Shown: in pieces, positions 19,925 to 30,063 of the stretch
Layout of the letters: each line of letters begins with the position of its first letter
Numbering within the stretch: the first letter of the stretch is position 1
NCBI GenBank assembly: GCA_050949415.1
Contig: JBMNFR010000015.1
Span: forward strand, 549,093 to 613,092
DNA: 64,000 nucleotides
DNA from: Lentisphaeria bacterium
GTDB taxonomy: Bacteria > Verrucomicrobiota > Lentisphaeria > Oligosphaerales > Oligosphaeraceae
Direction: 5' to 3'
The notes under the pieces: generated by a model
What the model saw: the letters and a program-made list of their open reading frames with translations, nothing else
Told to the model about the DNA's origin: nothing
Databases searched by the model: none
Position numbers and translations under genes: made by a program

Positions 19925-20120
19925 TTAATAACGGCCATCCCAACAGCATGCGTTCAGTGCTACATTCGCTCCACCGCCCAACGTCCTCTACAGTCCGCTA
20001 ACGTCCACTTCTGTCCACAGTCCATCGTCTACTAATGTCCATTAAAGTCCACTAACGTCCATTGTCCACTTAAGTGCCTTACCCAGAGCGCTTGGCGCCG
20101 CAGCTTGCCGGAACTCCTCG
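19925..20120. repeat. Family-2 GTCCAC-rich intergenic element (copy A)
   Basis: Conserved core gtccacagtccatcgtctact.a.gtccat.aaagtccact..cgtccattgtccact ... ccctgggtgcc..gccgcaacttgccggaactcc. Its 5' extension ttaataacggcc...ttcagcgctgcattcgctcc is shared with copy C. Confidence 0.7.
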
Positions 20121-20214
20121 CATCAATTGGTGACCGATTACATGATAAAACAGAAAAAACGACGCCACGGTAGGACAATCCGAATGAATGACTTATATTG
20201 TTAATATGTGATAA

Positions 20215-20345
20215 GTGGTGATAAGCACGCGCGTTGCCAACCGGGATCAACGCATTGCCAGGCTTCAGCCTGCCACAAAAGCAGCAGGATGTATCAGATG
20301 GGACGCAAATAGCTCATCCGAAAAGCATAGCTTTTGGGACAAATT
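20215..20345 (+). promoter_or_regulatory. Possible cobalamin (or NiCo) riboswitch-like 5' leader of the cbiM operon
   Basis: A roughly 270-nt untranslated leader lies upstream of cbiM. The segment gccaggcttcagcctgccac resembles the B12-box 3' half (GCCAGGAnACCTGCC). No clear GGTG..TCC or GCCACTG elements were found, so this is weak. Confidence 0.2.
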
Positions 20346-20375
20346 CAAACCGGCACTGAATCAAGGAGACTTCTC

Positions 20376-21473
20376 ATGCACATGGCAGATGCTCTAATCT
20401 CTCCCCAGGTCGGGGGCACAATGTGGGTCGCATCATTGGGGCTGGCAGCCTACTCGGCGCATCGGCTCAAACCTGAGATGAGCGAACGCAATATTCCGCT
20501 CATGGGCGTGATGGGAGCATTTGTCTTCGCTGCCCAAATGATCAATGTCACCATCCCGGGTACGGGTTCAAGCGGACACCTGGGCGGCGGCATGATTCTG
20601 ACGATTCTTCTCGGCCCCCATGCGGCCTTCCTAGTCATGTTTTCAATTCTAGCAGTCCAAGCGCTATTTTTCGCGGATGGCGGGCTGTTGGCGCTGGGCT
20701 GCAATGTCTTCAACTTAGGCTTCTGGCCATGTTTTGTGTTCTATCCCCTGTTCAAAAAGATAATCGGCAAGTCGCCAACTCATGGACGAATTCTTACCGC
20801 ATCGATTGTCTCCGGGGTGCTCAGCCTGCAACTCGGCGCCTTCGGCGTTGTTTTGCAGACGCTTCTGTCCGGCATCTCCGAATTGCCCTTCGGCACATTT
20901 TTGCTGCTGATGCTGCCAATCCACCTCGGGGTCGGCATCATCGAGGGGCTAGTGACCGCAGCCGTGGTGTCCTTCGTCTGGCGCGCACAGCCAGAACTGC
21001 TGAAACCGCCAACAGAAAGTAAACCTGAATCAGAACCTGAATCTACTACGTCTCTGAAGCCAATCCTGACGACGTTCGCCATCGTCGCACTGGCCGTAGG
21101 CATATTCTTGTCTTGGTTCGCTTCAACCCAGCCAGACGGCCTGGAATGGGCGCTGTTCCGAACCACCGGCAAAGAGGAATTAGAGGCACCAGCCGATGGC
21201 GTGCACACAAAGCTAGCGAAACTCCAGGAAAAGACGTCATTCATGCCTGACTATGACTTTCCGGAAGCAGCAGCAATCCAAGAGCTTGAGGCCGAAGAGC
21301 AGGCGACTGAAACTGAGGCTGAAGCCGAGATATGGCCGGCAATCAACACCGGCACCTCAGTAGCCGGCGTGATAGGCGGAGGCATAGTTCTGGCATTGGC
21401 AGTTCTCATCGGCACCTTGTTGCGACTACTCCAACGCCCACAGGACATCGCTGCATCACATGACGCGGCTTGA
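20376..21473 (+). CDS. cbiM: ECF transporter substrate-capture component CbiM/NikM fused to a CbiN/PDGLEW-domain segment
   Basis: Start MHMADALISPQ, the CbiM-type N-terminus, preceded by AAGGAGA. Multiple transmembrane helices and a C-terminal TQPDGLEW motif. Confidence 0.8.
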   Translation: MHMADALISPQVGGTMWVASLGLAAYSAHRLKPEMSERNIPLMGVMGAFVFAAQMINVTIPGTGSSGHLGGGMILTILLGPHAAFLVMFSILAVQALFFADGGLLALGCNVFNLGFWPCFVFYPLFKKIIGKSPTHGRILTASIVSGVLSLQLGAFGVVLQTLLSGISELPFGTFLLLMLPIHLGVGIIEGLVTAAVVSFVWRAQPELLKPPTESKPESEPESTTSLKPILTTFAIVALAVGIFLSWFASTQPDGLEWALFRTTGKEELEAPADGVHTKLAKLQEKTSFMPDYDFPEAAAIQELEAEEQATETEAEAEIWPAINTGTSVAGVIGGGIVLALAVLIGTLLRLLQRPQDIAASHDAA

Positions 21474-22272
21474 CACGGCTATCAGCGACGTCGATGCGCT
21501 GGATCGCCTCGCGACCAGGGTTTCGCCAATCCATCGGCTCGACCCGCGCGCCAAGCTCATTGTGACTGCGCTATTCCTGCTGACGGTCGTTTCGTACCCT
21601 AAGTACGACATTGTCGAAATGACGCCGTTGTTCCTCTACCTGGCCGTGCTTCTGTCCCTGGGGCGAATTCCCGCGTTGGTGCTCGCCCGCTACTTGCTGC
21701 TGGCGAGTCCATTCGCGGTATTGGCGGGTCTTTTCAACCCGCTCATCGACCGGCAGGTCGTCATCCACCTGGGGTCGCTTGCCGTGACCGGTGGATGGCT
21801 GTCGTTCGTCTCCATCCTAATCCGGTTCGCACTCACCGTCAGTGCTGCCTTGCTGCTGCTGGCCTGCACAGGATACGTAGCCATGTGTGCGGCACTGGGC
21901 AAGCTTGGCGTGCCGCGCTTGCTGATCATCCAGTTCCTGATGCTGTACCGGTTCATTTTTATCTTGATGGATGAAGCCTCGCGGATGGTGCGAGCGCACA
22001 GCCTGCGGAGCCCCGATAAACCAAATCCCCCGCTTCGAGTCTGGGGATCGCTGGCAGGACATCTCCTACTGCGCGCCTACGACCGCGGACAACGCGTGCA
22101 TACCGCCATGCTGGCGCGCGGGTTTGACGGAACCCTCCACCCCCCGCAAGGATTTCACTGGTCGATGGCAGACACGCTTTTCGTTGTCGGCAGCTCCGCG
22201 TTCCTGCTCCTGGCTCGCTATGGTCAATTGGCAACCCGCGTGGGACAATGGACAATGGAGTTGGCCGCATGA
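21460..22272 (+). CDS. cbiQ: ECF transporter transmembrane T component CbiQ
   Basis: 270-aa polytopic membrane protein, overlapping the cbiM end, in the standard cbiMNQO order. Confidence 0.8.
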   Translation: MTRLDTAISDVDALDRLATRVSPIHRLDPRAKLIVTALFLLTVVSYPKYDIVEMTPLFLYLAVLLSLGRIPALVLARYLLLASPFAVLAGLFNPLIDRQVVIHLGSLAVTGGWLSFVSILIRFALTVSAALLLLACTGYVAMCAALGKLGVPRLLIIQFLMLYRFIFILMDEASRMVRAHSLRSPDKPNPPLRVWGSLAGHLLLRAYDRGQRVHTAMLARGFDGTLHPPQGFHWSMADTLFVVGSSAFLLLARYGQLATRVGQWTMELAA

Positions 22273-23033
22273 GCCATCACATCATCGAAGTCAAAGAGCT
22301 GGAATACCGCTATGCGGACGGCACCACCGCCTTGCGCAATGTCTCGTTCCGCATCGAACATGGCGAATCCGTCGGTGTGATTGGTGAAAACGGAGCCGGG
22401 AAAAGCACGTTGCTGCTCCATCTCAACGGCTGTCTGCTAGCCACCAAGGGAACGGTGCGAGTCGGTGACATACCGGTTCTGCGCGATACCCTGAAGCAAA
22501 TTCGTCGCAGCGTGGGCACCGTATTCCAGGACCCCAACGACCAGCTCTTCATGCCGACCGTGGCAGAGGACGTGGCCTTCGGGCCGATGAATATGCACCT
22601 GCCGCCGGATGACGTGGAAAGCAGGGTGCAAAAAGCGCTTGAGGCCGTCAACGCCCTGCACCTCCGCACTCGCTCTCCGCACCGACTGTCAAACGGCGAA
22701 AAACGCACTGCTGCCATGGCCACTGCCCTGTCCATGTCCCCGGACATCCTGGTGCTGGACGAACCGAGCGCCGGACTCGATCCTCAGGCTCGACGCCGAC
22801 TGATCCACCTCCTTGCCGGCTTCAAACACACCAAGATCATCGCCTCACATGATCTCGATATGATCCTCGCCCTCTGCCCGCGAACCATCATCATGCATCA
22901 AGGCGCCATTGTTGCAGATGGAGCAACTGCCGCCTTGTTGTCAGACCAGGACTTGCTTGCCAAGAGCGGGCTTGAGCTCCCCTTGGGCGCCCAGGGCTGC
23001 CCAATCTGCAACGCCAAACGCCCGGAGAATTAG
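22269..23033 (+). CDS. cbiO: ECF transporter ATPase CbiO (ABC family)
   Basis: Walker A GENGAGKST, ABC signature LSNGEKR, and Walker B ILVLDEP. Confidence 0.85.
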   Translation: MSHHIIEVKELEYRYADGTTALRNVSFRIEHGESVGVIGENGAGKSTLLLHLNGCLLATKGTVRVGDIPVLRDTLKQIRRSVGTVFQDPNDQLFMPTVAEDVAFGPMNMHLPPDDVESRVQKALEAVNALHLRTRSPHRLSNGEKRTAAMATALSMSPDILVLDEPSAGLDPQARRRLIHLLAGFKHTKIIASHDLDMILALCPRTIIMHQGAIVADGATAALLSDQDLLAKSGLELPLGAQGCPICNAKRPEN

Positions 23034-23066
23034 GGGCGAGGGGCGAGGGGCGAGGGGCGAGGGGCA
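23034..23066. repeat. (GGGGCGA)n G-quadruplex-type array (plus-strand orientation here)
   Basis: ggggcgaggggcgaggggcgaggggcgagggg, immediately after the cbiO stop codon. Confidence 0.8.
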
Positions 23067-23247
23067 AAGTCCACTAAAGTCCACTTCCGTCCATGTCCAC
23101 TCTCCACTAAAGTCCACTTCAGTCCACAGTCCATCGTCTACTGATGTCCATTAAAGTCCACTGGCGTCCATTGTCCACTGTCCATATAAAATGCCTTATC
23201 CTGGGTGCCTAACGCCGCAACTTGCCGGAACTCCGAGTATCAACCGC
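23059..23247. repeat. Family-2 GTCCAC-rich intergenic element (copy B)
   Basis: Same core as copy A. Confidence 0.7.
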
Positions 23248-23332
23248 TGGGCGCTTACAACCGCTTTTGCCGTTTTACGATGGCCGCCTTGAAAAAACGC
23301 GTTCCGATGTCATATTTTATGAAGTAGCATAC

Positions 23333-23408
<76 letters not shown>

Positions 23409-23414
23409 TTCTAA

Positions 23415-23450
23415 AAGCCCCAACTTCAACAGGTTGGGGCTTTTGTTTTA
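23415..23450. terminator. Bidirectional rho-independent terminator
   Basis: Hairpin gccccaac-ttcaacag-gttggggc followed by ttttgtttta. The reverse strand also ends in a T-run. It sits between the tRNA-Arg and the DUF1559 array. Confidence 0.6.
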
Positions 23451-23560
23451 TTCGGCTCAGTTGACGCTGAATTGCCTTGTTTTATGCTATTTCCCTGCTG
23501 TAAAATTGCATGAAAGGGTACCAAACGTCAACCATCGTTTCACCTGCTCGGCTCCGGATT

Positions 23561-24235
23561 TCAAGGATTCGTTCCTGTGTAGGTCGGGGACCAATACTTG
23601 CCATGACTGCCGAAGGCCGGATAAATCGGCACGGCAATGCGCCGCAGCCAGTCTACATGCCCATCCGCATACGTATTGTTCAAGCCTTCGTTGTGGCGAC
23701 CGACCATTTCGACGTTGCTGGCGCCTGTGGACCAGTCAGTGGTGCTTGCGCCGCTGTTGAGATGGTAGGAATCGACGCCTTCGGCCTCGGAAAAGAACAT
23801 GCAGGCGCTCGGATTGACAAACTGTGAGAGCGCATAGTTTCCGGCCAAACTGTTTATGCCGTAGTCGCTCCTGCCGCTGTAGCCGCCGGTCCAGACGTAC
23901 GTGTTGCTGGGACAGTCAAAGACTTTCAGGTCACCCACATACTCATAAATCAGGCTGGGCCAAAGCCGAAAACCGCTGCTGGCACTGGTATTGGAATAAA
24001 CATCGCCGTTCGGAAGCACGTAGTAGTGGCAGGAATATGCCACCGGCAAACGCTGATAATCATCCGTGTACATAATCATGCCGAGACCCAGCTGCTTCAT
24101 GTTCGATGTGCAGGAAATGGCGCGAGCCTTCTCGCGCGCCTTGGCCAAGGCAGGCAAAAGCATCGCCGCCAAAATCGCAATGATCGCAATGACGACGAGA
24201 AGCTCAATCAACGTGAATCGCAAAAATCTCTTCAT
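23561..24235 (-). CDS. Prepilin-type N-terminal cleavage/methylation domain protein with H-X9-DG motif (DUF1559 family), paralog 1
   Basis: Start [37 protein letters not shown], a type IV pilin-like N-terminus. C-terminal [16 protein letters not shown] is the H-X9-DG motif. AGGAGGA ribosome-binding site. Confidence 0.8.
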   Translation of the reverse strand: MKRFLRFTLIELLVVIAIIAILAAMLLPALAKAREKARAISCTSNMKQLGLGMIMYTDDYQRLPVAYSCHYYVLPNGDVYSNTSASSGFRLWPSLIYEYVGDLKVFDCPSNTYVWTGGYSGRSDYGINSLAGNYALSQFVNPSACMFFSEAEGVDSYHLNSGASTTDWSTGASNVEMVGRHNEGLNNTYADGHVDWLRRIAVPIYPAFGSHGKYWSPTYTGTNP

Positions 24236-24370
24236 GTCACTTCCTCCTGAGTCTAATGGAAAGCGCAACACTATGCTCAGAGCTTCAATCACCTCAGCAT
24301 GATTGACTGCTAAAAACTGCATCGCACCAATAAAATATTCCCTTCGCCATCAAAAAGCAAATTAAAAAAT

Positions 24371-24402
24371 AAAGGCACCCGAAAATAACTTTCGGATGCC
24401 TT
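24371..24402 (-). terminator. Rho-independent terminator for DUF1559 paralog 2 (conserved copies at about 25243-25275 and 26125-26160)
   Basis: Minus-strand hairpin aggcatccgaaagttattttcgggtgcct followed by a T-run, conserved in each inter-paralog spacer. Confidence 0.5.
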
Positions 24403-24435
24403 TAACTTTGCCGGACTTTGCCAGCAGCTCATGGC

Positions 24436-25110
24436 TCAGGGGTTCGTCCCTTTGTAGGTCGGGGACCAGTACTTGCCTGGGCTGCCGTAGGCCGGATAAA
24501 TCGGCACAGCGACGCGTCGCAGCCAATCCACATGCCCGTCTGCATACGTATTGTTCAAGCCTTCGTTGTGGCGACCGACCATTTCACCGTTGGCGGCGCC
24601 CTGGACAGCACTCCCGGGTTCTACGTCGCTGTCGAGATTGTAGGAGTCAGAGCCTTCAGCCTCGGAAAAGAACATGCAGGCGCTCGGGTTGACAAACTGC
24701 GAAAGGGGTTGGGCACCGGCGTAAAAATTAATGCCATAGTCGCTCGTGCCGCTGTAATTGCCGGTCCAGACGAACGTGTTGCTGGGACAGTCAAAGACTT
24801 TCAGGTCACCCACATACTCATAAATCAGACTGGTCCAGAGCCGGTAACCGCTGCTGGGACTGGTATTGGCATAAATATTACCGTTCGGAAGCACGTAATA
24901 GTGGCAGGGATATGCCACCGGCAAACGCTGGTAATCATCCGTATACATGATCATGCCGAGACCCAGCTGCTTCATGTTCGACGTGCAGGAAATAGCACGA
25001 GCCTTTTCGCGAGCCTTGGCCAAGGCAGGCAAAAGCATCGCCGCCAAAATCGCAATGATGGCAATGACGACCAAAAGCTCAATCAAAGTAAATCGCCGAG
25101 AATTCTTCAT
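24436..25110 (-). CDS. H-X9-DG prepilin-like protein (DUF1559), paralog 2
   Basis: Start [15 protein letters not shown] and the same C-terminal H-X9-DG block. The central region diverges from paralog 1. Confidence 0.8.
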   Translation of the reverse strand: MKNSRRFTLIELLVVIAIIAILAAMLLPALAKAREKARAISCTSNMKQLGLGMIMYTDDYQRLPVAYPCHYYVLPNGNIYANTSPSSGYRLWTSLIYEYVGDLKVFDCPSNTFVWTGNYSGTSDYGINFYAGAQPLSQFVNPSACMFFSEAEGSDSYNLDSDVEPGSAVQGAANGEMVGRHNEGLNNTYADGHVDWLRRVAVPIYPAYGSPGKYWSPTYKGTNP

Positions 25111-25310
25111 GTCACTTCCTCCTGGGTTTGATGGAAAACGCTAGTCTATGCTTTGAGCTTCAGCCGTCGTTGCATGATTGACTGCTAAAAACCACATTGC
25201 ATCAATAAAATATTCCCTTCGCCATCAAAAAGCAAATTAAAAAATAAAGGCACCCGAAAATAACTTTCGGATGCCCTTAACTTTGCCGGACTTTGCCAGC
25301 AGCTCATGGT

Positions 25311-25967
25311 TTAGGGATTTGTCCCTGTATAAGTCGGGGACCAGTACTTGCCTGGGCTGCCGTAGGCCGGATAAATCGGCACAGCGACACGCCGCATCCA
25401 GTCCACATGACCATCCGCATACGTGTTGTTCAAGCCTTCGTTGTGGCGACCGACCATTTCGCCGTTGGCGGCGCCCTGGACATTCTGCGTGGGGCTTATA
25501 TCGCTGTCGAGATTGTAGGAGTCGGGGCCTTCGGCCTCGGAAAAGAACATGCAGGCGCTCGGGTTGACAAACTGCGAGAGCGGCTGGGTGCTGGCTCAAT
25601 AATTAATGCCGTAGTCGCACGCGCCGCTGTAATTGCCGGTCCAGACGAACGTGTTGCTGGGGCAGTCAAAGGCTTTCAGATCGCCGACATAGTCAAAAAC
25701 CAGGCTGGGCCAGAGCCGGTATCCAGTATGGGTGTTGCCGTTCGGAAGCACGTAGGTGGTGTTGGGATAGTTCACTGGCAAACGCAGGTAATCATCCGTG
25801 TACATGATCATGCCGAGACCCAGCTGCTTCATGTTCGACACGCAGGAAATGGCGCGAGCCTTCTCGCGTGCCTTGGCCAAGGCAGGCAAAAGCATCGCCG
25901 CCAAAATCGCAATAATCGCAATGACGACCAAAAGCTCAATCAACGTGAATCGCAAAAATCTCTTCAT
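25311..25967 (-). pseudogene. H-X9-DG prepilin-like protein (DUF1559), paralog 3, interrupted by an in-frame TGA
   Basis: ORFs 25596-25967 and 25311-25550 are in the same frame. They are separated by a TGA (plus-strand tca at about 25596-25598), where paralog 2 has GINFYAG and this copy reads GINY*. Confidence 0.6.
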
Positions 25968-26198
25968 GTTTCTTCCTCCTAAGGCTTGATGGAAAACTAA
26001 GGCTTGATGGAAAACGCTAGTCTATGCTTTGAGCTTCAGCCGTCTCTGCATGATTGACTGCCAAAAACTGCATTGCGCCAATAAAATATTCCCTCCGCCA
26101 CCAAAAACAAATTAAAAGATGATGGCAAAACATAAGGGCATCCGAAAAAGCTTTTTGAATGCCCTTGGTCTTGGCGGGCTTTGCCAGCAGCGCCTGTT

Positions 26199-26855
26199 TC
26201 AAGGATTCGACCCTTTGTAGGTCGGGGACCAGTATTTGCCTTGACTGCCGAAACTCGGATGAATCGGCACGGCGGCGCGCCGCAGCCATTCCACATGCCC
26301 GTCTGCATACGTATTGTTCAAGCCCTCATTGTGGCGACCGACCATTTCGACGTTGCTGGCGCCTGTGGACCAGTCGGTGGTGCTTGCGCCGCTGTTGAGA
26401 TTGTAGGAGTCAACGCCTTCGGCCTCGGAAAAGAACATACAGGCGCTCGGGTTGACAAACTGCGAGAGTGCATAGGCGCCCGCCAATTGGTTCATGCCAT
26501 AGTCGCTTGTGCCGCTATAGCCGCCTTTCCAGACGTACGTGTTGCTCGGGCAGTCAAAAGCCTTCAAGTCACCGACATAGTCAAAGACCAAGCTGGTCCA
26601 GAGCCGATAGCCGGTATAGGTGTTGCCGTTCGGAAGCACATAGGTGGTGTTGGGATAGTTCAACGGCAAACGCAGGTAATCATCCGTGTACATGATCATG
26701 CCGAGACCCAGCTGCTTCATGTTCGACACGCAGGAAATGGCGCGGGCCTTCTCGCGAGCCTTGGCCAAGGCAGGCAAAAGCATCGCCGCCAAAATCGCAA
26801 TGATGGCAATGACGACGAGAAGCTCAATCAACGTGAATCGTAGAAAAGTCTTCAT
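26199..26855 (-). CDS. H-X9-DG prepilin-like protein (DUF1559), paralog 4
   Basis: Start [15 protein letters not shown]. The C-terminal block [16 protein letters not shown] is conserved. Confidence 0.8.
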   Translation of the reverse strand: MKTFLRFTLIELLVVIAIIAILAAMLLPALAKAREKARAISCVSNMKQLGLGMIMYTDDYLRLPLNYPNTTYVLPNGNTYTGYRLWTSLVFDYVGDLKAFDCPSNTYVWKGGYSGTSDYGMNQLAGAYALSQFVNPSACMFFSEAEGVDSYNLNSGASTTDWSTGASNVEMVGRHNEGLNNTYADGHVEWLRRAAVPIHPSFGSQGKYWSPTYKGSNP

Positions 26856-27077
26856 GTCTCTTCCTCCTAAAGCTTGGTGGAAAACGCCAGCAGTATAATC
26901 CAAAATTAAAAAGACGCTTCAGAAAATTTCAGCGCTTTAAAAATCTTCGCCGCAAGCTAATCATAAATATAACAAATTTTTATCAAAAAAACAAATCTGC
27001 TATCGTCTGCCAGCCTTTCCGCCTCTCCCTCTTTCGCGTTTCTCTTGTCTATCTCTCCTTCACTCATCTCTGCCGGG

Positions 27078-27614
27078 CTATTTTCCCTCTTCCGGGAACA
27101 GATTGAACCTCCTCAGCGTTCCATTGCGGTCGAATTCGAATTCCAGCACGTGTTGCAGGCGTCGGTACTGGAGGACGGTTTTGCTTTCATCCTGCTCGGT
27201 CCGCGCTGGTTCGCCGGCCAGCCGTCGAATGTCAGCGAGTTCTGTTGTCGCCGAAAAAAATTGCATTTCGTCGTGCAGGTTATCGACTGGCAGACGTCGC
27301 TGTGGGTGGTCAGCGCTGAATTCAAACCCGATGTAAGCGAGCGACTCGTTCTCAAATTCAAGCGCCAGGCCGCGTTCGGGATAGGTGATTTGCAGCAGGC
27401 GGTCGGCCGGCAGGGCGATATGTTCGGGCCGCCCCCAGATGGCGACGCTCCCCAGCGACGCCCCGCAGCGCATGCCGTCCAAAGTCAAATCCAGCCAGTT
27501 GAAACGAAGCACTCGATTGCCTGCTGGCGGCCAGGCTGCCAGCAGGCGTCGGTAGTGCCATTGTCGATAACGTCTTCGCCACCACAACCACAACATGACT
27601 CTCTCCCATGCCAA
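27078..27614 (-). CDS. hypothetical protein
   Basis: 178-aa ORF with no recognisable motif. Confidence 0.3.
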   Translation of the reverse strand: MAWERVMLWLWWRRRYRQWHYRRLLAAWPPAGNRVLRFNWLDLTLDGMRCGASLGSVAIWGRPEHIALPADRLLQITYPERGLALEFENESLAYIGFEFSADHPQRRLPVDNLHDEMQFFSATTELADIRRLAGEPARTEQDESKTVLQYRRLQHVLEFEFDRNGTLRRFNLFPEEGK

Positions 27615-27927
27615 CGCTTCTGCTCCGGGTCTGCCTGACCAGGCAGCGCGTCAGGATTCCCATCAGTATTCCGCAGCCAGACGTTTCCGGCTCTCGCTTT
27701 CAATCAGATACCCCATGACAGACTCCTTTCGTTCATTCCCGGCACCCGCTTAAACAGCCGTCGCCAACCACAACGGCCAGGCATGCATATCTTAGAACAA
27801 ATATACCCCCCCTTCACGCAAAAACCATGCCTGCATCAACAGCCAAGACAATTTTTCAGACTTTTCCCTAGACAACGCACCTCAAAAAATCTGCGTCATC
27901 AGCGTAATCTGCGGATAAAACAACAGT

Positions 27928-28031
27928 TCCTCGCCCCTCGCCCCTCGCCATTCAGCATTCAGCATTCAGCATTCAACATTCAGCCCCTCGCCCCTCGCCC
28001 CTCGCCCCTAAACAAAGCCCCTCGCCCCTCG
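27928..28031. repeat. Heptamer array: (GCCCCTC)n-(CATTCAG)n-(GCCCCTC)n
   Basis: Direct reading: cctcgcccctcgcccctcgccattcagcattcagcattcagcattcaacattcagcccctcgcccctcgcccctcgcccctaaacaaagcccctcgcccctcgc. It abuts the exonuclease stop codon. Confidence 0.85.
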
Positions 28032-28574
28032 CTAAAGCGTACCTGCATAGACGAACTGCCGCAAGCAGTCGCTGGGCAGGCCAGTGCAGGCGACAATCTT
28101 GGCGCAGGCGATAGCGTCCTCAAGAGCGTTATGATGATGACGAACATGATGCCCAATGTGCGCTGCGACGCAGTCCAGGGAATGACTCCGCAGCTGCGGA
28201 AAACAGCGGCGGCTGATCTGCAAGCTGCATGCATATGAAAAAGACACCGGCGGCGCTGCGTACAACTCCAAGACAGCCCGCAAATGGCGCAAATCAAACG
28301 ACGCATTGTGGATTATCACGCAATCAGCGCTGACCAGCAACTCCGCCAGCGACGGCCAAATCTCCCAGAATTCCGGCGCTCCCCGGACATCCTCCGGATA
28401 AATGCCGTGGATGGCGATGAAGCCCGGGAAAAAGCGGTTGCGGGTCGGGTGCGGTCGAATGAGCCACTCGCGTTCAGCGATGCTCTGGCCGTCCATCAGC
28501 AGGGTCGCGCCGGCCGCGCAAATACTGCCATTGCACGGATTGGCAGTCTCAAAATCCAGCCCAGCCAATATCAT
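28032..28574 (-). CDS. DEDDh 3'-5' exonuclease (DnaQ / RNase T-like)
   Basis: Exo I motif LDFETANP, Exo II HNASFDLRHL, Exo III H-x4-D HNALEDAIA. Confidence 0.75.
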   Translation of the reverse strand: MILAGLDFETANPCNGSICAAGATLLMDGQSIAEREWLIRPHPTRNRFFPGFIAIHGIYPEDVRGAPEFWEIWPSLAELLVSADCVIIHNASFDLRHLRAVLELYAAPPVSFSYACSLQISRRCFPQLRSHSLDCVAAHIGHHVRHHHNALEDAIACAKIVACTGLPSDCLRQFVYAGTL

Positions 28575-28607
28575 CGTTTCGTCACCTCTTCCGGGGAGCG
28601 CCTGGCC

Positions 28608-29579
28608 TCAGTCCCGCCAGGCGCCCCAGCGTTGGCGGAGGAAATCGCGGTTATCCAGCAGCAGCCAGATGAAATCAAGTTCCTGGCACATCATGTCCAC
28701 GCGTTGACGCCAACACCATTCCCGCATCCATCCAAACCGCTGCGCAGCAATATATTCAGGCAGCCAATGCCACGTTTCCGCACTCAGCAGACCAGCCTTC
28801 GCCAGCCGGGTGCAGACGGCTTCGGCCATGGCGCCAGTGAGAAATTCGGGATTGTCCATGCCGAGGCATCCCAAGAGATTGGCCAGGTCATAACATTCCG
28901 CTTTGCGGCCAGTGAATTCCCAATCGATGATTCCGTTCAAGCCATCCTCGGTCCAAAGTGCGTTGAGGGGATGTAGGTCGCCATGATTCCAAGCCAAGGG
29001 AAGCTGGTCGTGCGCCGCTCGGAAATCTTCCAGCTGCGCCCAAATCGGCAGCAGGTCCGTATGCAAGGCGGCATTGCGCACGGCAATCATCGGCAACAGC
29101 ATCTCAATGTAATCGACAATCGAAAAGACGCTCCCCTGCAATGCTGGCGCCAGCAGCTCGCCGCCAAGCTGAAGGCGGATGAGAAAATCAGCCAGGGCAT
29201 CACCACGCCAGGCATGACGACCATATTCCTCCCGGGGCAGTTCAACGCTATCCAGCCAGCGCCGCAGCTGCCAGAACAAGCCGTCGGCAAAAACGCCCCA
29301 GGCGCCATCTGGCGTGGCCATCCAGGGAATCAACGGCGCCACGCCCGCGTCAGCCAGAGCCTGGAGTATCTGCGCTTGCCGACCCCGAAAAGAAGCCCGG
29401 TCTGAACGAACGCCTTCAAGAACAAAACGCCCGCCGCCCGCGTCCGCAAACACTAAACGGCGAGCCGAGCGCTCTGGACTGCCAGCCGGAACCAGCCCCG
29501 GAATCACCTGAACCGAACCAAACCGCCAATGCGCTGACAGCTCAGCCAAACAAGACTCGTGACCAGACATATCCGACAT
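28608..29579 (-). CDS. Phosphotransferase-family protein (APH / choline-kinase-like small-molecule kinase fold)
   Basis: Brenner-type catalytic motif WNHGDLHPLN and a later IDWEF (DxE-type) segment. Confidence 0.6.
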   Translation of the reverse strand: MSDMSGHESCLAELSAHWRFGSVQVIPGLVPAGSPERSARRLVFADAGGGRFVLEGVRSDRASFRGRQAQILQALADAGVAPLIPWMATPDGAWGVFADGLFWQLRRWLDSVELPREEYGRHAWRGDALADFLIRLQLGGELLAPALQGSVFSIVDYIEMLLPMIAVRNAALHTDLLPIWAQLEDFRAAHDQLPLAWNHGDLHPLNALWTEDGLNGIIDWEFTGRKAECYDLANLLGCLGMDNPEFLTGAMAEAVCTRLAKAGLLSAETWHWLPEYIAAQRFGWMREWCWRQRVDMMCQELDFIWLLLDNRDFLRQRWGAWRD

Positions 29580-29699
29580 GCAATCCGCTTCCCGCCCCGT
29601 CGCAAAAACTGACTACGTTTTTCAAATGGACTCATAATACTATACCCGCCTCCACTCAGTCTGCGTTTCAAATGCCCCCGAAATATTGTAATCGGTCTG

Positions 29700-29920
29700 C
29701 CATTGATAACGGCCGCCTTGACAACATGTTTTCAGCGCTGCATTCGCTCCATTGTCTAACGTCCACTAAAGTCCACTTCCGTCCACGTCCACTCTCCACT
29801 AATGTCGACTAAAGTCCACAGTCCATCGTCTACTGACGTCCATCAAAGTCCACTGGCGTCCATTGTCCATTGTCCACTAAAATGTCTTACCCTGGGCACT
29901 TGGCGCCGCAACTTGCGAGA
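29700..29920. repeat. Family-2 GTCCAC-rich intergenic element (copy C)
   Basis: Shares both the 5' extension and the core with copy A. Confidence 0.7.
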
Positions 29921-30063
29921 ACAATGGACATCAATGGCTGACCGCCCACCCCCGAAATATTCATCTTCTTGCATCGTGACCACTTGAAAATGTTGTTTTC
30001 GGCAACATCTTCTCTTAAGAGCGATTTTCCGGCAGCAAGTCTAAGGGAAAGGGAAAATCAGCG

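Noticed and set aside
25593-25601. TGA as selenocysteine or programmed read-through in DUF1559 paralog 3
   Set aside because: Paralogs have Phe-Tyr at this position. No SECIS-like structure was noted. A nonsense mutation or sequencing error is simpler.
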